Part shown: piece after piece, positions 45,001 through 51,430 of the stretch
Layout: each line of letters opens with the position of its first letter
Numbering within the stretch: position 1 is the first letter of the stretch
Source: Dehalococcoidia bacterium
GTDB taxonomy: Bacteria > Chloroflexota > Dehalococcoidia > Lucifugimonadales > UBA2985
Direction of reading: 5' to 3'
DNA length: 64,000 bases
NCBI GenBank assembly: GCA_015661155.1
Contig: JACVQK010000011.1
Coordinates: forward strand, 2,963-66,962
The notes under the pieces: generated by a model
Databases searched by the model: none
Seen by the model: only the letters and a program-made list of their open reading frames with translations
Told to the model about the DNA's origin: nothing
Translations under genes and position numbers: made by a program

Positions 45001-45693
45001 ACGCCGATAGGCACGCGGCTCCAGCGCCTCACCGAGGCGGCGCGGAGGCTGAAAGAGGCCACACCGGCCCTGGAGGACGCGGTGTCCACATGGAAGGGCC
45101 TCTCTTCCGTGGAAGCCTCCTCCCTGGCGGCTCGCACCGTGGAGACCGTCTCCACCGTCCTCGCGGCTTCGCCGGAGGTGGCGGAGCCTCAGCCCACGGT
45201 GGCCATCCCCGGCCAGACGAACTCCGTCCTGTGGGACACTCCCCGGGGCATCGGGGTTGTGGGCGCGGATGACGGAGCAGACCCGGCCACCCTGGCCGGC
45301 CTGGTCTTCGGGGCATTGCTGGCTGGCAACGGCCTGACCATGGCTGTCACCCCGGGGCCGGCGCGTGTGTCCCAGGTCCTGGCGGCTTGCCTCCACCAGG
45401 CAGGAGTCCCCAGAGACGTTCTGGCCCTGGCGCCGCGTGGCGTCTCTCCGGAGACGCTGGCCGCCGGCCCCATCCACTTCGCCGCGGTGGACCTGGCGCT
45501 GGAGCGGACGCGGGCCCTATACCGGGTTCTCGGCGCTACACCGGAGGAGGCGGGGCAGAGGTGGCTGAAGGCCCTGATCAGCGTCGGCGAAGGCCCACGC
45601 CCTGGGGAGCCAGGGTTCCTTCGGCGATTCGCCCTGCCCAAGGCCGTCTCCATCCGCACCCTGCGGCACGGCGCCGACCTGAAGCTGCTCTAG
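42085..45693 (+). CDS. putA: bifunctional proline dehydrogenase / L-glutamate gamma-semialdehyde (P5C) dehydrogenase, long form with an ALDH-like C-terminal domain
   Basis: PRODH motifs RLVKGAYWD and YVPVGDLITGMAYLVRRILENTSQAGFL. ALDH motifs EMGGKNA and GQKCSACSR. An extra C-terminal region of about 230 aa follows. I prefer ATG 42085 (after GAGGA) to 42025. The stop TAG lies in the terminus of repeat A10. Confidence 0.85.
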   Translation: MNAHPQEGVEARTQELGRVLYTRLQAHRPFMSEGPQDWLMALLMGDQALRNRLLRLVDVLAVFPDDLSGSQTASLFREYFGSDLRHLPGWSRLLLATARSPLVPSPLLAWLLRRGTRLVAGRFVVQSGPGSLENSLGRLAKEGRYPTFDLLGEAVLGEEEALRYRAGYLELLERLGRHPLARRRTPGGAPCLEVSLKLSSLSCQFNPADPEGTLRRVRPPLTELCLAAQARGIGVTIDAEQYRYRELAWHIFQETMSPGGPQVTAFARRRGTPFRVRLVKGAYWDQEVIVAEQAGWPVPVYRDKNATDLTFQRILGLLLETSPLTQVAVASHNVRAHAHAEAVREAVGLPEGAVEHQTLYGTLAGLSQALPQMGWVARDYVPVGDLITGMAYLVRRILENTSQAGFLARNRLREDAAELLRAPQPGPEDLSYRRPPHSTGFVNTPAPRLFDAVERERFQRALAETRARWGATYPLHLGSEVLTSSHLVPSCSPSHPDPSHPVGWVHLANLEETERAIAVTNTAAPLWAATSVAERAAIGLRAAEILRARKEEVGAWVVHEGGRTWPEALADVEEAIDHIAWNAHELHRLAHQIEESYRPLGVVACIPPWNFPTALAAGMTSAALMAGNAVILKSAGPTPIVAQALVQLLHEAGIPRDVLIHLPGPGSTVGARLVESPDVDMVAFTGSKEVGTWIHRTASRVALRKGGLKRVIAEMGGKNAIVVFPDADMDEAVSGILVSAFGHAGQKCSACSRVLAHRRVYGQLAHRLVEAARSLPVGPADDPGTIINPVIDSAARARIASYGEMARREGRVLLDALDSDQQGSLNIGPLIVEVEASKARTARVAQEEIFGPILTLTPFDTEEEAVSLANSTVYALTLGVFSRSPGTVARMVQSCRAANIYVNREITGARVGIEPFGGFQLSGTGPKAGSEEYLLAYLTRRSGFRAAGEPLQDSQGPNVGEGFPARVGTWELTPIGTRLQRLTEAARRLKEATPALEDAVSTWKGLSSVEASSLAARTVETVSTVLAASPEVAEPQPTVAIPGQTNSVLWDTPRGIGVVGADDGADPATLAGLVFGALLAGNGLTMAVTPGPARVSQVLAACLHQAGVPRDVLALAPRGVSPETLAAGPIHFAAVDLALERTRALYRVLGATPEEAGQRWLKALISVGEGPRPGEPGFLRRFALPKAVSIRTLRHGADLKLL

Positions 45694-45912
45694 CAGGGCG
45701 GGCCCTGCACCCACACTCAACTGTCGCTGCCATGGTCTGACCATGGTCCGACCGTGTTCTACGGTTCGTAAGGCGTGGGTCTGGGCCGTGCCCAGTCTGG
45801 GGGAGTGCAGAGGGGGCAAAGCCCCCTCTGACGGGGGTCTGAGGGTGTCCCCCAGATTCAAATTCTTCCCCCTTCCTGGTCAGGAAGGGGGCCAGGGGGA
45901 TGGTCGAATGGT
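45690..45912. repeat. family-A repeat, copy A10
   Basis: Order P5-P4-P3-P2-P1-T(partial). It starts with CTAGCAGGGC. Confidence 0.85.
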
Positions 45913-45941
45913 TGACACGAAATGACCCAGGATGGCATTAT
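45912..45941 (+). promoter_or_regulatory. candidate sigma70-type promoter for the tRNA-Leu/tRNA-Cys pair
   Basis: TTGACA (45912-45917), an 18-nt spacer, then CATTAT (45936-45941), about 60 nt upstream of the first tRNA. Supported by sequence pattern only. Confidence 0.3.
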
Positions 45942-46003
45942 GTATGCGTTCAGCTTGCCCTCGCGCGTCCCGATGCCCCTGGCGGCATCTGGAAGAGGGC
46001 CAT

Positions 46004-46090
46004 GCCGAGGTGGTGGAACTGGTAGACACGCGGTCTTGAGGGGGCCGTGGGTGCAAACCCGTAGGAGTTCAACTCTCCTCCTCGGCACCA
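46004..46090 (+). tRNA. tRNA-Leu (anticodon GAG), CCA encoded
   Basis: Hand-folded. Acceptor GCCGAGG/CCTCGGC. Anticodon stem CGGTC/GGCCG with loop TTGAGGG. Long variable arm. T arm AGGAG-TTCAACT-CTCCT. Discriminator A, followed by CCA. Confidence 0.9.
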
Positions 46091-46113
46091 AAAGTGGTAA
46101 AATACAGACCAGG

Positions 46114-46190
46114 GGCGACGTGGCCAAGTGGTCTAAGGCGGAGCTCTGCAAAAGCTCTATTCGGCGGTTCGAATCCGCCCGTCGCCTCCA
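46114..46190 (+). tRNA. tRNA-Cys (anticodon GCA), CCA encoded
   Basis: Acceptor GGCGACG/CGTCGCC. Anticodon stem GAGCT/AGCTC with loop CTGCAAA. T arm GGCGG-TTCGAAT-CCGCC. Discriminator U73, the known Cys identity element, followed by CCA. Confidence 0.9.
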
Positions 46191-46203
46191 GAGATGAAAA
46201 GCA

Positions 46204-46245
46204 AGGGCAGAAGGGGTACACTTCCTCGTTCTGCCCTCTTGATTA
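46204..46245 (+). terminator. candidate intrinsic terminator after tRNA-Cys
   Basis: Stem AGGGCAGAA / TTCTGCCCT (9 bp) with a 16-nt loop, followed by CTTGATT. The T-tract is weak. Confidence 0.35.
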
Positions 46246-46389
46246 GCAGGTTGCTGAAAAAAGGTGTGCAGAGGGGCGAAGCCCACTTTGCCGGGGGTCT
46301 GGGGGTGTCCCCCAGAGTCAAATTCTTCCCCCTTCCTGGCTAGGAAGGGGGCCAGGGGGATGGTCGAAGGGGTCTTTCAGCACCCTGCC
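46244..46389. repeat. family-A repeat, copy A11
   Basis: Order P3-P2-P1-T. It starts with TAGCAGGTTGCTGAAAAAA and ends with CAGCACCCTGCC. Confidence 0.85.
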
Positions 46390-46405
46390 ATGTAGTCATC
46401 GCCGT

Positions 46406-46488
46406 GCCCAGGTGGCGGAACGGTAGACGCCGCGGACTTAAAATCCGCTCTCCGAAAGGGGGTGTGGGTTCGATTCCCTCCCTGGGCA
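46406..46488 (+). tRNA. tRNA-Leu (anticodon TAA)
   Basis: Acceptor GCCCAGG/CCTGGGC, with U8. D arm GCGGAACGGTAGACGC. Anticodon stem GCGGA/TCCGC with loop CTTAAAA (anticodon at 46439-46441). Long variable arm. Discriminator A. CCA is not encoded. Confidence 0.9.
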
Positions 46489-46552
46489 TGAAGCGACTGC
46501 GTCGCGTATGTCAGAGGCTGCGCAAGCTGGTTGATTATGACTTGTAGAGAGA

Positions 46553-47353
46553 CTACCTGTTTCCATAAGGCTGTTCCAAATTAAGCCTCATGCTGCCGTC
46601 GGATAGATTGCCAGTAACTTGTGCTCGCCAGTCTCCGGAGATATGAGACGAGGTATGCACGGATTTGGCTTGGCATATCCATGTTGGAACGAAGGAGGAA
46701 TCTGTTTGGTGTGGGTCAAAGGTAAACCGAGGGCGACATGACTCAATCGATGTTTCAAGGGGTATAATCGTGGCCCTCCAGGCAATGAGGCGTACAAGGG
46801 TTTGTGTAGTGGGATTGCCCTCCACATAGCTTCTCAGAGAGTCAAGGTTGCGTACCTTAAGGTCGGCAAGGTAGCGGTTGACCAATGCTAGAGCTTCGGC
46901 CTCCGGTGAGGGCAGCGTGACTCCTCTGAACTCGACCACGTAGTTCTGAGAAAGGTGCTCGTTGCCTTCATCGTTCCTATCGAGGGCCAGGCTATATTCG
47001 CAAGCAGACCCCTCGGATATCCGTAGATTGTCCATTAGAGCGACGTCTTTGGATATCACGCTGAATGAGCCGTAAGGCTCGGCAAGTATCCTCAGACTAC
47101 TGTCACTAGGATTGTATACCGCTAGTTTCATGTAGCGTTCCCCGCTCGGATATTCAGTCCAACAGTACATCCCCTGTACAATCGCAGGCCCAAGACTTAC
47201 GGAAGTGAATGTTGAAGGCACAGGTATGCTAGGTATGAGGGGTGTCGGGGTGGGCTCTGGTGAAGTGCCACCAATATTTATCTGAATACATGCCTGCAGC
47301 GCAAATGCTGTGAGCAGAAACGTGGCCAAGCCGATGAGACGCAAGGCAACCAT
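46553..47353 (-). CDS. hypothetical lipoprotein (orphan, lower GC)
   Basis: 266 aa. Signal peptide MVALRLIGLATFLLTAFALQAC with a Cys at the cleavage-type position, followed by a Pro/Thr linker. I recognise no family. Composition is visibly AT-richer than the flanks. Confidence 0.65.
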   Translation of the reverse strand: MVALRLIGLATFLLTAFALQACIQINIGGTSPEPTPTPLIPSIPVPSTFTSVSLGPAIVQGMYCWTEYPSGERYMKLAVYNPSDSSLRILAEPYGSFSVISKDVALMDNLRISEGSACEYSLALDRNDEGNEHLSQNYVVEFRGVTLPSPEAEALALVNRYLADLKVRNLDSLRSYVEGNPTTQTLVRLIAWRATIIPLETSIESCRPRFTFDPHQTDSSFVPTWICQAKSVHTSSHISGDWRAQVTGNLSDGSMRLNLEQPYGNR

Positions 47354-47464
47354 GGTGACGCTAGTTTACTACCACCACGGTGACGCGTGAAGCGGCAGCC
47401 CGGCGACATGACGCTGCCGCTGAAGACTCACAAGCCTCCGCACGCCGAACATCCCCCAATCCCC

Positions 47465-48379
47465 TCACCCCCCTATCAGGCTCCTGACCACCGGGATAAC
47501 CAGGGTCAGGGTGAAGGTACTGGCGAGGGTGCTGGTCACCACCGCGTTGGTGACGAACCTGGGATTGGCCCGGAACTCCGTGGCAAGGATGGTGGTGAAA
47601 ACGGCCACGGGCATGGCACACACAATCACAACCACGCTCTGGGAGAGAGCGTCCAGGTCAAAGAGCAGGGTCGCGCCGTAGGCCAGGGGCGCCGACACCA
47701 CCAGGCGTACCAGAAGGGCAGCAGCCAGGCTGAGCAGGCTGTCCAGCCGCAGCTCTCCCGCCAGCTGGCATCCCAGAACCACCAGCATGACGGGAATGGC
47801 AGCCTGGGACAGCAGCTTGATGGGCTGGAGGATGACAAAGGGTAGCTCAACGCCCAGCAGCCTGACCAGCAGCGCGGCGATGATCCCGTAGATGGCCGGC
47901 AGCTTGAAGACCTGTTTGAGAGACTCCATCCTGTTCATCTGGCTCCCGGCGGCGATGAAAACGCCCAGGGACTGCCCCATGATGGCCTGGGTCACAAAGA
48001 CTATCACCCCCACGGCCAGCCCCTCCTCGCCAAAGGCCAGCAGCAGAACGGGCAACGCCAGGTTCCCGGAGTTGGGAAACGCCGTGGACAGCATGAAAGC
48101 GCCCCCCATGGCGCGGTCGTGGCGCAGGACCTTGCTGAGGAGGACGCTGATTACCATTATGAGCGCCGTGGTCACCACCATGGCACCCACAATCCTCACG
48201 GATGCAGAGGCAGGTATCCTCTGCTGCACCAGTAACGTGAAGATGAGGGCCGGGGTGAGGAGATAGAGGGTTATCTGGTTCACAGGCCCCACGGGTATCT
48301 TTCGCCACCGTTGAAACCCCGCGGCAATTATAGCCACCAGGAAAACCGGCATGGTTACGTTAAGAAAGACATCCAGCAT
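47465..48379 (-). CDS. AEC (auxin efflux carrier) family transporter
   Basis: 304 aa with about 10 TM segments and the typical N-terminus MLDVFLNVTMPVFLVAIIAAGF. Confidence 0.8.
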   Translation of the reverse strand: MLDVFLNVTMPVFLVAIIAAGFQRWRKIPVGPVNQITLYLLTPALIFTLLVQQRIPASASVRIVGAMVVTTALIMVISVLLSKVLRHDRAMGGAFMLSTAFPNSGNLALPVLLLAFGEEGLAVGVIVFVTQAIMGQSLGVFIAAGSQMNRMESLKQVFKLPAIYGIIAALLVRLLGVELPFVILQPIKLLSQAAIPVMLVVLGCQLAGELRLDSLLSLAAALLVRLVVSAPLAYGATLLFDLDALSQSVVVIVCAMPVAVFTTILATEFRANPRFVTNAVVTSTLASTFTLTLVIPVVRSLIGG

Positions 48380-48423
48380 ACAGTGACCCCTGTTTTGCCG
48401 CTTTGCTTAGCTATCATCGCCGT

Positions 48424-48507
48424 GCCCAGGCGGCGGAACGGCAGACGCCGCGGACTTGAAATCCGCTCCCCGAAATGGGGGTGTGGGTTCGATTCCCTCC
48501 CTGGGCA
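48424..48507 (+). tRNA. class II tRNA with a UGA (serine) anticodon on a leucine-type body; near-duplicate of tRNA-Leu(TAA)
   Basis: The acceptor, D arm, anticodon stem, T arm and discriminator A are the same as 46406-46488. The differences are C8 for U8, one D-loop base, the anticodon loop CTTGAAA (anticodon TGA at 48457-48459) and a few variable-arm bases. The upstream flank ATCGCCGT is also shared. Confidence 0.75.
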
Positions 48508-48509
48508 CT

Positions 48510-49742
48510 CTACCTCTTGGCGGCGGGGGCCACGGTCAGCCAGAGCAGGAGAGCGGCCAACCCGGCCAGGGCCGCCCCGAAGAAGAAGGGGACGCTGGGG
48601 TTGAAGGTCTGCCATAGAGCGCCAGCGATGAGGCTGGCAGGGAAGGCGGTGATGCCCACCGCCGTGTGGTAGAGGCCGTAGGCCGAACCCCGCCGCTCGG
48701 CGGGCACCAGGTCGGAGACCAGGGCCCGGGCCACCCCCTCGGTGGCAGCGTAATACACTCCGTAGGCCAGGAAAAGGAAGACCACCTGCCATGCGGCCCC
48801 CGCCAGGGCAAATCCCAGGTAGATGAGGGCATAGGCGACCCACCCCCCCAGGATGACCCGCCTCCGCCCGATGCGGTCGGACAGGATGCCCAGGGGCACG
48901 GACAGGGAGGCATACACCAGGTTGAAAGCTGCCAGCAGCAGCAGGATGTAGACAAGGGGAAGCCCCAGGTTCTGGGCCCGCAGGATAAGGAAGGCGTCGC
49001 TGCTGTTCCCCAGGGTGAAGAGCATCATGATACCCAGGAAGAGCTTGAAGGAGACAGGGAAAGGAGAGACGGCGCGCGTGGCGGGGCCAGCCTTACCGGG
49101 CAGGGCAGCAGGTCGGGTCTCGTGGACCAGGAACCACAGCACCAGCATCGCCAGGATGGCGGGCACCGTCCCCACCAGGACGATGGTGCGGAAGGCGTCC
49201 TCCCGCAGGTCCAAGCCCCCATGCTGCACCAGGAGGACCACCAGCGCTGCTCCCAGCAGGCCCACCACTGCCCCGGCGGTGTCCATCGCCCTGTGGAGGC
49301 CGAAACTGCGTCCCCGCTCCGCGGGCAGGGTGGAATCCGCCAGCAGGGCGTCCCGGGGAGCGGTGCGCACCCCTTTGCCCACCCGGTCGGTGAAGCGCAG
49401 CAGCAGCAGCAGACCCCAGCTCGTGGCCAGGTAGAAGAAGGGCTTGGCCAGGGTAGAAAGGCCGTAGCCCGCCAGGGTAAGCTCCTTACGCCTCCGCAAC
49501 CGGTCGCTCAGCCAGCCGCTGGGGAAGCGCATCAGGGCGGCGGTGGAATCGGCGATGCCCTCGATGAAGCCGATGATGGCGGTGCCCACTCCCAGCACGT
49601 TGGCCAGGAAGAGGGGCAGAATGGTCACGATCATCTCGCTGGAGACATCGGTGAGGAAGGACACCCAGCCCAGGAAGAAGACGTTGCGGCTGACGCCGAA
49701 GTAGCGGCGGGACGGGGTGGAAGAGGGGGTAGTTTGCTCCAT
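48510..49742 (-). CDS. MFS transporter
   Basis: 410 aa with 12 TM segments. MFS motif A-like GWLSDRLRRRK. Confidence 0.85.
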   Translation of the reverse strand: MEQTTPSSTPSRRYFGVSRNVFFLGWVSFLTDVSSEMIVTILPLFLANVLGVGTAIIGFIEGIADSTAALMRFPSGWLSDRLRRRKELTLAGYGLSTLAKPFFYLATSWGLLLLLRFTDRVGKGVRTAPRDALLADSTLPAERGRSFGLHRAMDTAGAVVGLLGAALVVLLVQHGGLDLREDAFRTIVLVGTVPAILAMLVLWFLVHETRPAALPGKAGPATRAVSPFPVSFKLFLGIMMLFTLGNSSDAFLILRAQNLGLPLVYILLLLAAFNLVYASLSVPLGILSDRIGRRRVILGGWVAYALIYLGFALAGAAWQVVFLFLAYGVYYAATEGVARALVSDLVPAERRGSAYGLYHTAVGITAFPASLIAGALWQTFNPSVPFFFGAALAGLAALLLWLTVAPAAKR

Positions 49743-49897
49743 GGCACCTCCTTGGCAAAGACTCCGGGGCCGATTGTATCACAAACAGAGAGCAGAGGAG
49801 CCACGCGCCAGCATCTCCCGCCCACCGTGGCAGCTTGTCTACTGAGGGCAACACCGCTACACTGTTCTCACCCATCCGGAGCCTGAGAGAGAGTCCC

Positions 49898-50701
49898 ATG
49901 AGCACCTTCCACGAGAAGCTGGCCGAAGCCTCCAGGAGAAACAGTTCCATCCTGTGCGTGGGGCTGGACCCGGACCCCGCCCTCATGCCGGTGAAGAGCG
50001 TTTTCGAGTTCAACCGGGCCATCATCGATGCCACGGCAGACCTGGTGTGCTGCTACAAGCCAAATTTGGCCTTCTACGAGGCCCTGGGCATGGACGGACT
50101 GGAGGCCCTTCTCCGAACCCTTGAGCGCATCCCCAGAGACATCCCCGTCATCGGCGACGCCAAGCGGGGAGACATCGGCTCCACCGCCCAGGCCTACGCC
50201 AGGGCCATGTTCCAGCAGTGGGGCTTCGATGCCGCAACCGTCAACCCCTACCTGGGGAGCGACGCCGTGGAGCCTTTTCTTGAGTACGCCGACAGGGGCA
50301 TCTTCGTGCTCTGCCACACCTCCAACCCCGGAGCCTCGGAGGTGCAGGAGCTGACCGTCCAGGGCAGCCCACCTCGCCCCCTCTACGAGCATGTGGCCCT
50401 CAAGGCCCAGGAATGGAACTGCCGGGGCAACGTGGGCCTGGTCATGGGCGCTACCTATCCCCAGCAGCTGCAAGGGGTGCGCCGCCTGTGCCCCGACATG
50501 CTCATGCTGATTCCCGGCATCGGAGCTCAGGGTGGAGACCTGGAAGAGTCCATCAAGAACGGCGTAAACAGCCAAGGAGAGGGCATCATCATCAACGCGT
50601 CCAGGAGCATCCTCTACGCCTCCAGGAGCAGCGATAAGTTCGCCGGCGAGGCGCGGAGAGCGGCCCAGGAGCTACGGAAGCAGATAAGCAGGGCCCGATA
50701 A
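49898..50701 (+). CDS. pyrF: orotidine 5'-phosphate decarboxylase (type 2)
   Basis: Starts at Met22 of ORF 49835..50701. MSTFHEKL..LCVGLDPD, the catalytic motif GDAKRGDIGST, and ..PGIGAQGG. Confidence 0.9.
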   Translation: MSTFHEKLAEASRRNSSILCVGLDPDPALMPVKSVFEFNRAIIDATADLVCCYKPNLAFYEALGMDGLEALLRTLERIPRDIPVIGDAKRGDIGSTAQAYARAMFQQWGFDAATVNPYLGSDAVEPFLEYADRGIFVLCHTSNPGASEVQELTVQGSPPRPLYEHVALKAQEWNCRGNVGLVMGATYPQQLQGVRRLCPDMLMLIPGIGAQGGDLEESIKNGVNSQGEGIIINASRSILYASRSSDKFAGEARRAAQELRKQISRAR

Positions 50702-50712
50702 GGGGCGGGGCG

Positions 50713-50940
50713 ATGGTCATGGAGCTGGGCGTGGGCGACATCGTCACATTGCGCAAGGTTCACCCATGCGGCAGCTACCTGTGGGAGGTGTACCGTCTGG
50801 GAGCGGACATCGGCCTCCGGTGCACGGTATGCGGCCGCAGGCTCCTCATGGAGCGCCGCCTGCTGGAGAAAAGGGTCAAAGAGGTGTCACCGTCCAGGCA
50901 GGGCTCGCCCTGCACCCACACTCCTCAGAGGCATTCATAG
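50713..50940 (+). CDS. DUF951 family protein with a repeat-encoded C-terminal tail
   Basis: DUF951 core GDIVTLRKVHPCGSYLWEVYRLGADIGLRCTVCGRRLLMERRLLEKR. Codons 61-75 (SRQGSPCTHTPQRHS) lie inside repeat A12. Confidence 0.75.
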   Translation: MVMELGVGDIVTLRKVHPCGSYLWEVYRLGADIGLRCTVCGRRLLMERRLLEKRVKEVSPSRQGSPCTHTPQRHS

Positions 50941-51065
50941 ATAGGCCGAAATCTGGGTCTGTGAGATGTGGGTTTGGGCTAAGCCCAGTCTGGGGGACAC
51001 CCCCAGACCCCCGTCAGAGGGGCTTCGCCCCTCTGCACACCCCATTCTTCAGCAACCTACTAGGG
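50895..51065. repeat. family-A repeat, copy A12
   Basis: Order P5-P4-P2-P3, ending CAGCAACCTACTAGG. Confidence 0.85.
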
Positions 51066-51073
51066 AGGCCAGC

Positions 51074-51229
51074 TCAGGAGCGGGTCACGTGAGGAAGGGC
51101 GACGAAGTACAGGATGGCCAGAAGGACCACCACCGCGCCCTGAGCCTCTTTGTCCGAGGCTGTGTAGTAGACCGCCGCCACGACACCCGCGAGGAGTATC
51201 ACGATGTTGAGAATCCGCAGCGAACTCAT
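51074..51229 (-). CDS. hypothetical small membrane protein (51 aa)
   Basis: Internal ATG (51229-51227) of ORF 51074..51385, 6 nt after GGAGG. MSSLRILNIVILLAGVVAAVYYTASDKEAQGAVVVLLAILYFVALPHVTRS has two hydrophobic helices. It is sandwiched between repeats A12 and A13. Confidence 0.45.
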   Translation of the reverse strand: MSSLRILNIVILLAGVVAAVYYTASDKEAQGAVVVLLAILYFVALPHVTRS

Positions 51230-51353
51230 TTGCAACCTCCTCGTGATCGTTCGTGTCGTATCGGCGTCTCCGCGCCATCCAGAGGCAACTACGACCGCGG
51301 ACATTGTACCCGCAACTCGACCTGGCCGCAAGCCCTCGCTACGAATACTCGCC

Positions 51354-51430
51354 CCAGCAGGATGATGAAAAACCCTTTCGACCATCCCCCTGCACCCTTC
51401 CTGGCCAGGCAGGGCACGCCCTGCCTCCTA
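51354..51430. repeat. family-A repeat, copy A13 (short)
   Basis: T arm, then half of P1 fused to a P5-like hairpin (CCAGGCAGGGCACGCCCTGCCTCC). Its terminal CTAG supplies the ALDH stop codon. Confidence 0.8.

Noticed and set aside
45858-46286. A 142-aa reverse-strand ORF spanning the tRNA-Leu/tRNA-Cys region.
   Set aside because: It overlaps two well-folded tRNA genes and a repeat. It has no protein signature.
46406-48507. A classical integrative island or prophage at the duplicated tRNA.
   Set aside because: There is no integrase, excisionase or phage gene between or beside the repeats, and the segment is only 1.9 kb. I kept it only as a possible remnant in the findings.
330-51430. Whether the many short palindromic repeats could be a CRISPR array.
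   Set aside because: The copies are dispersed over 51 kb in separate intergenic regions, not in a regular repeat-spacer series. No cas genes are present.
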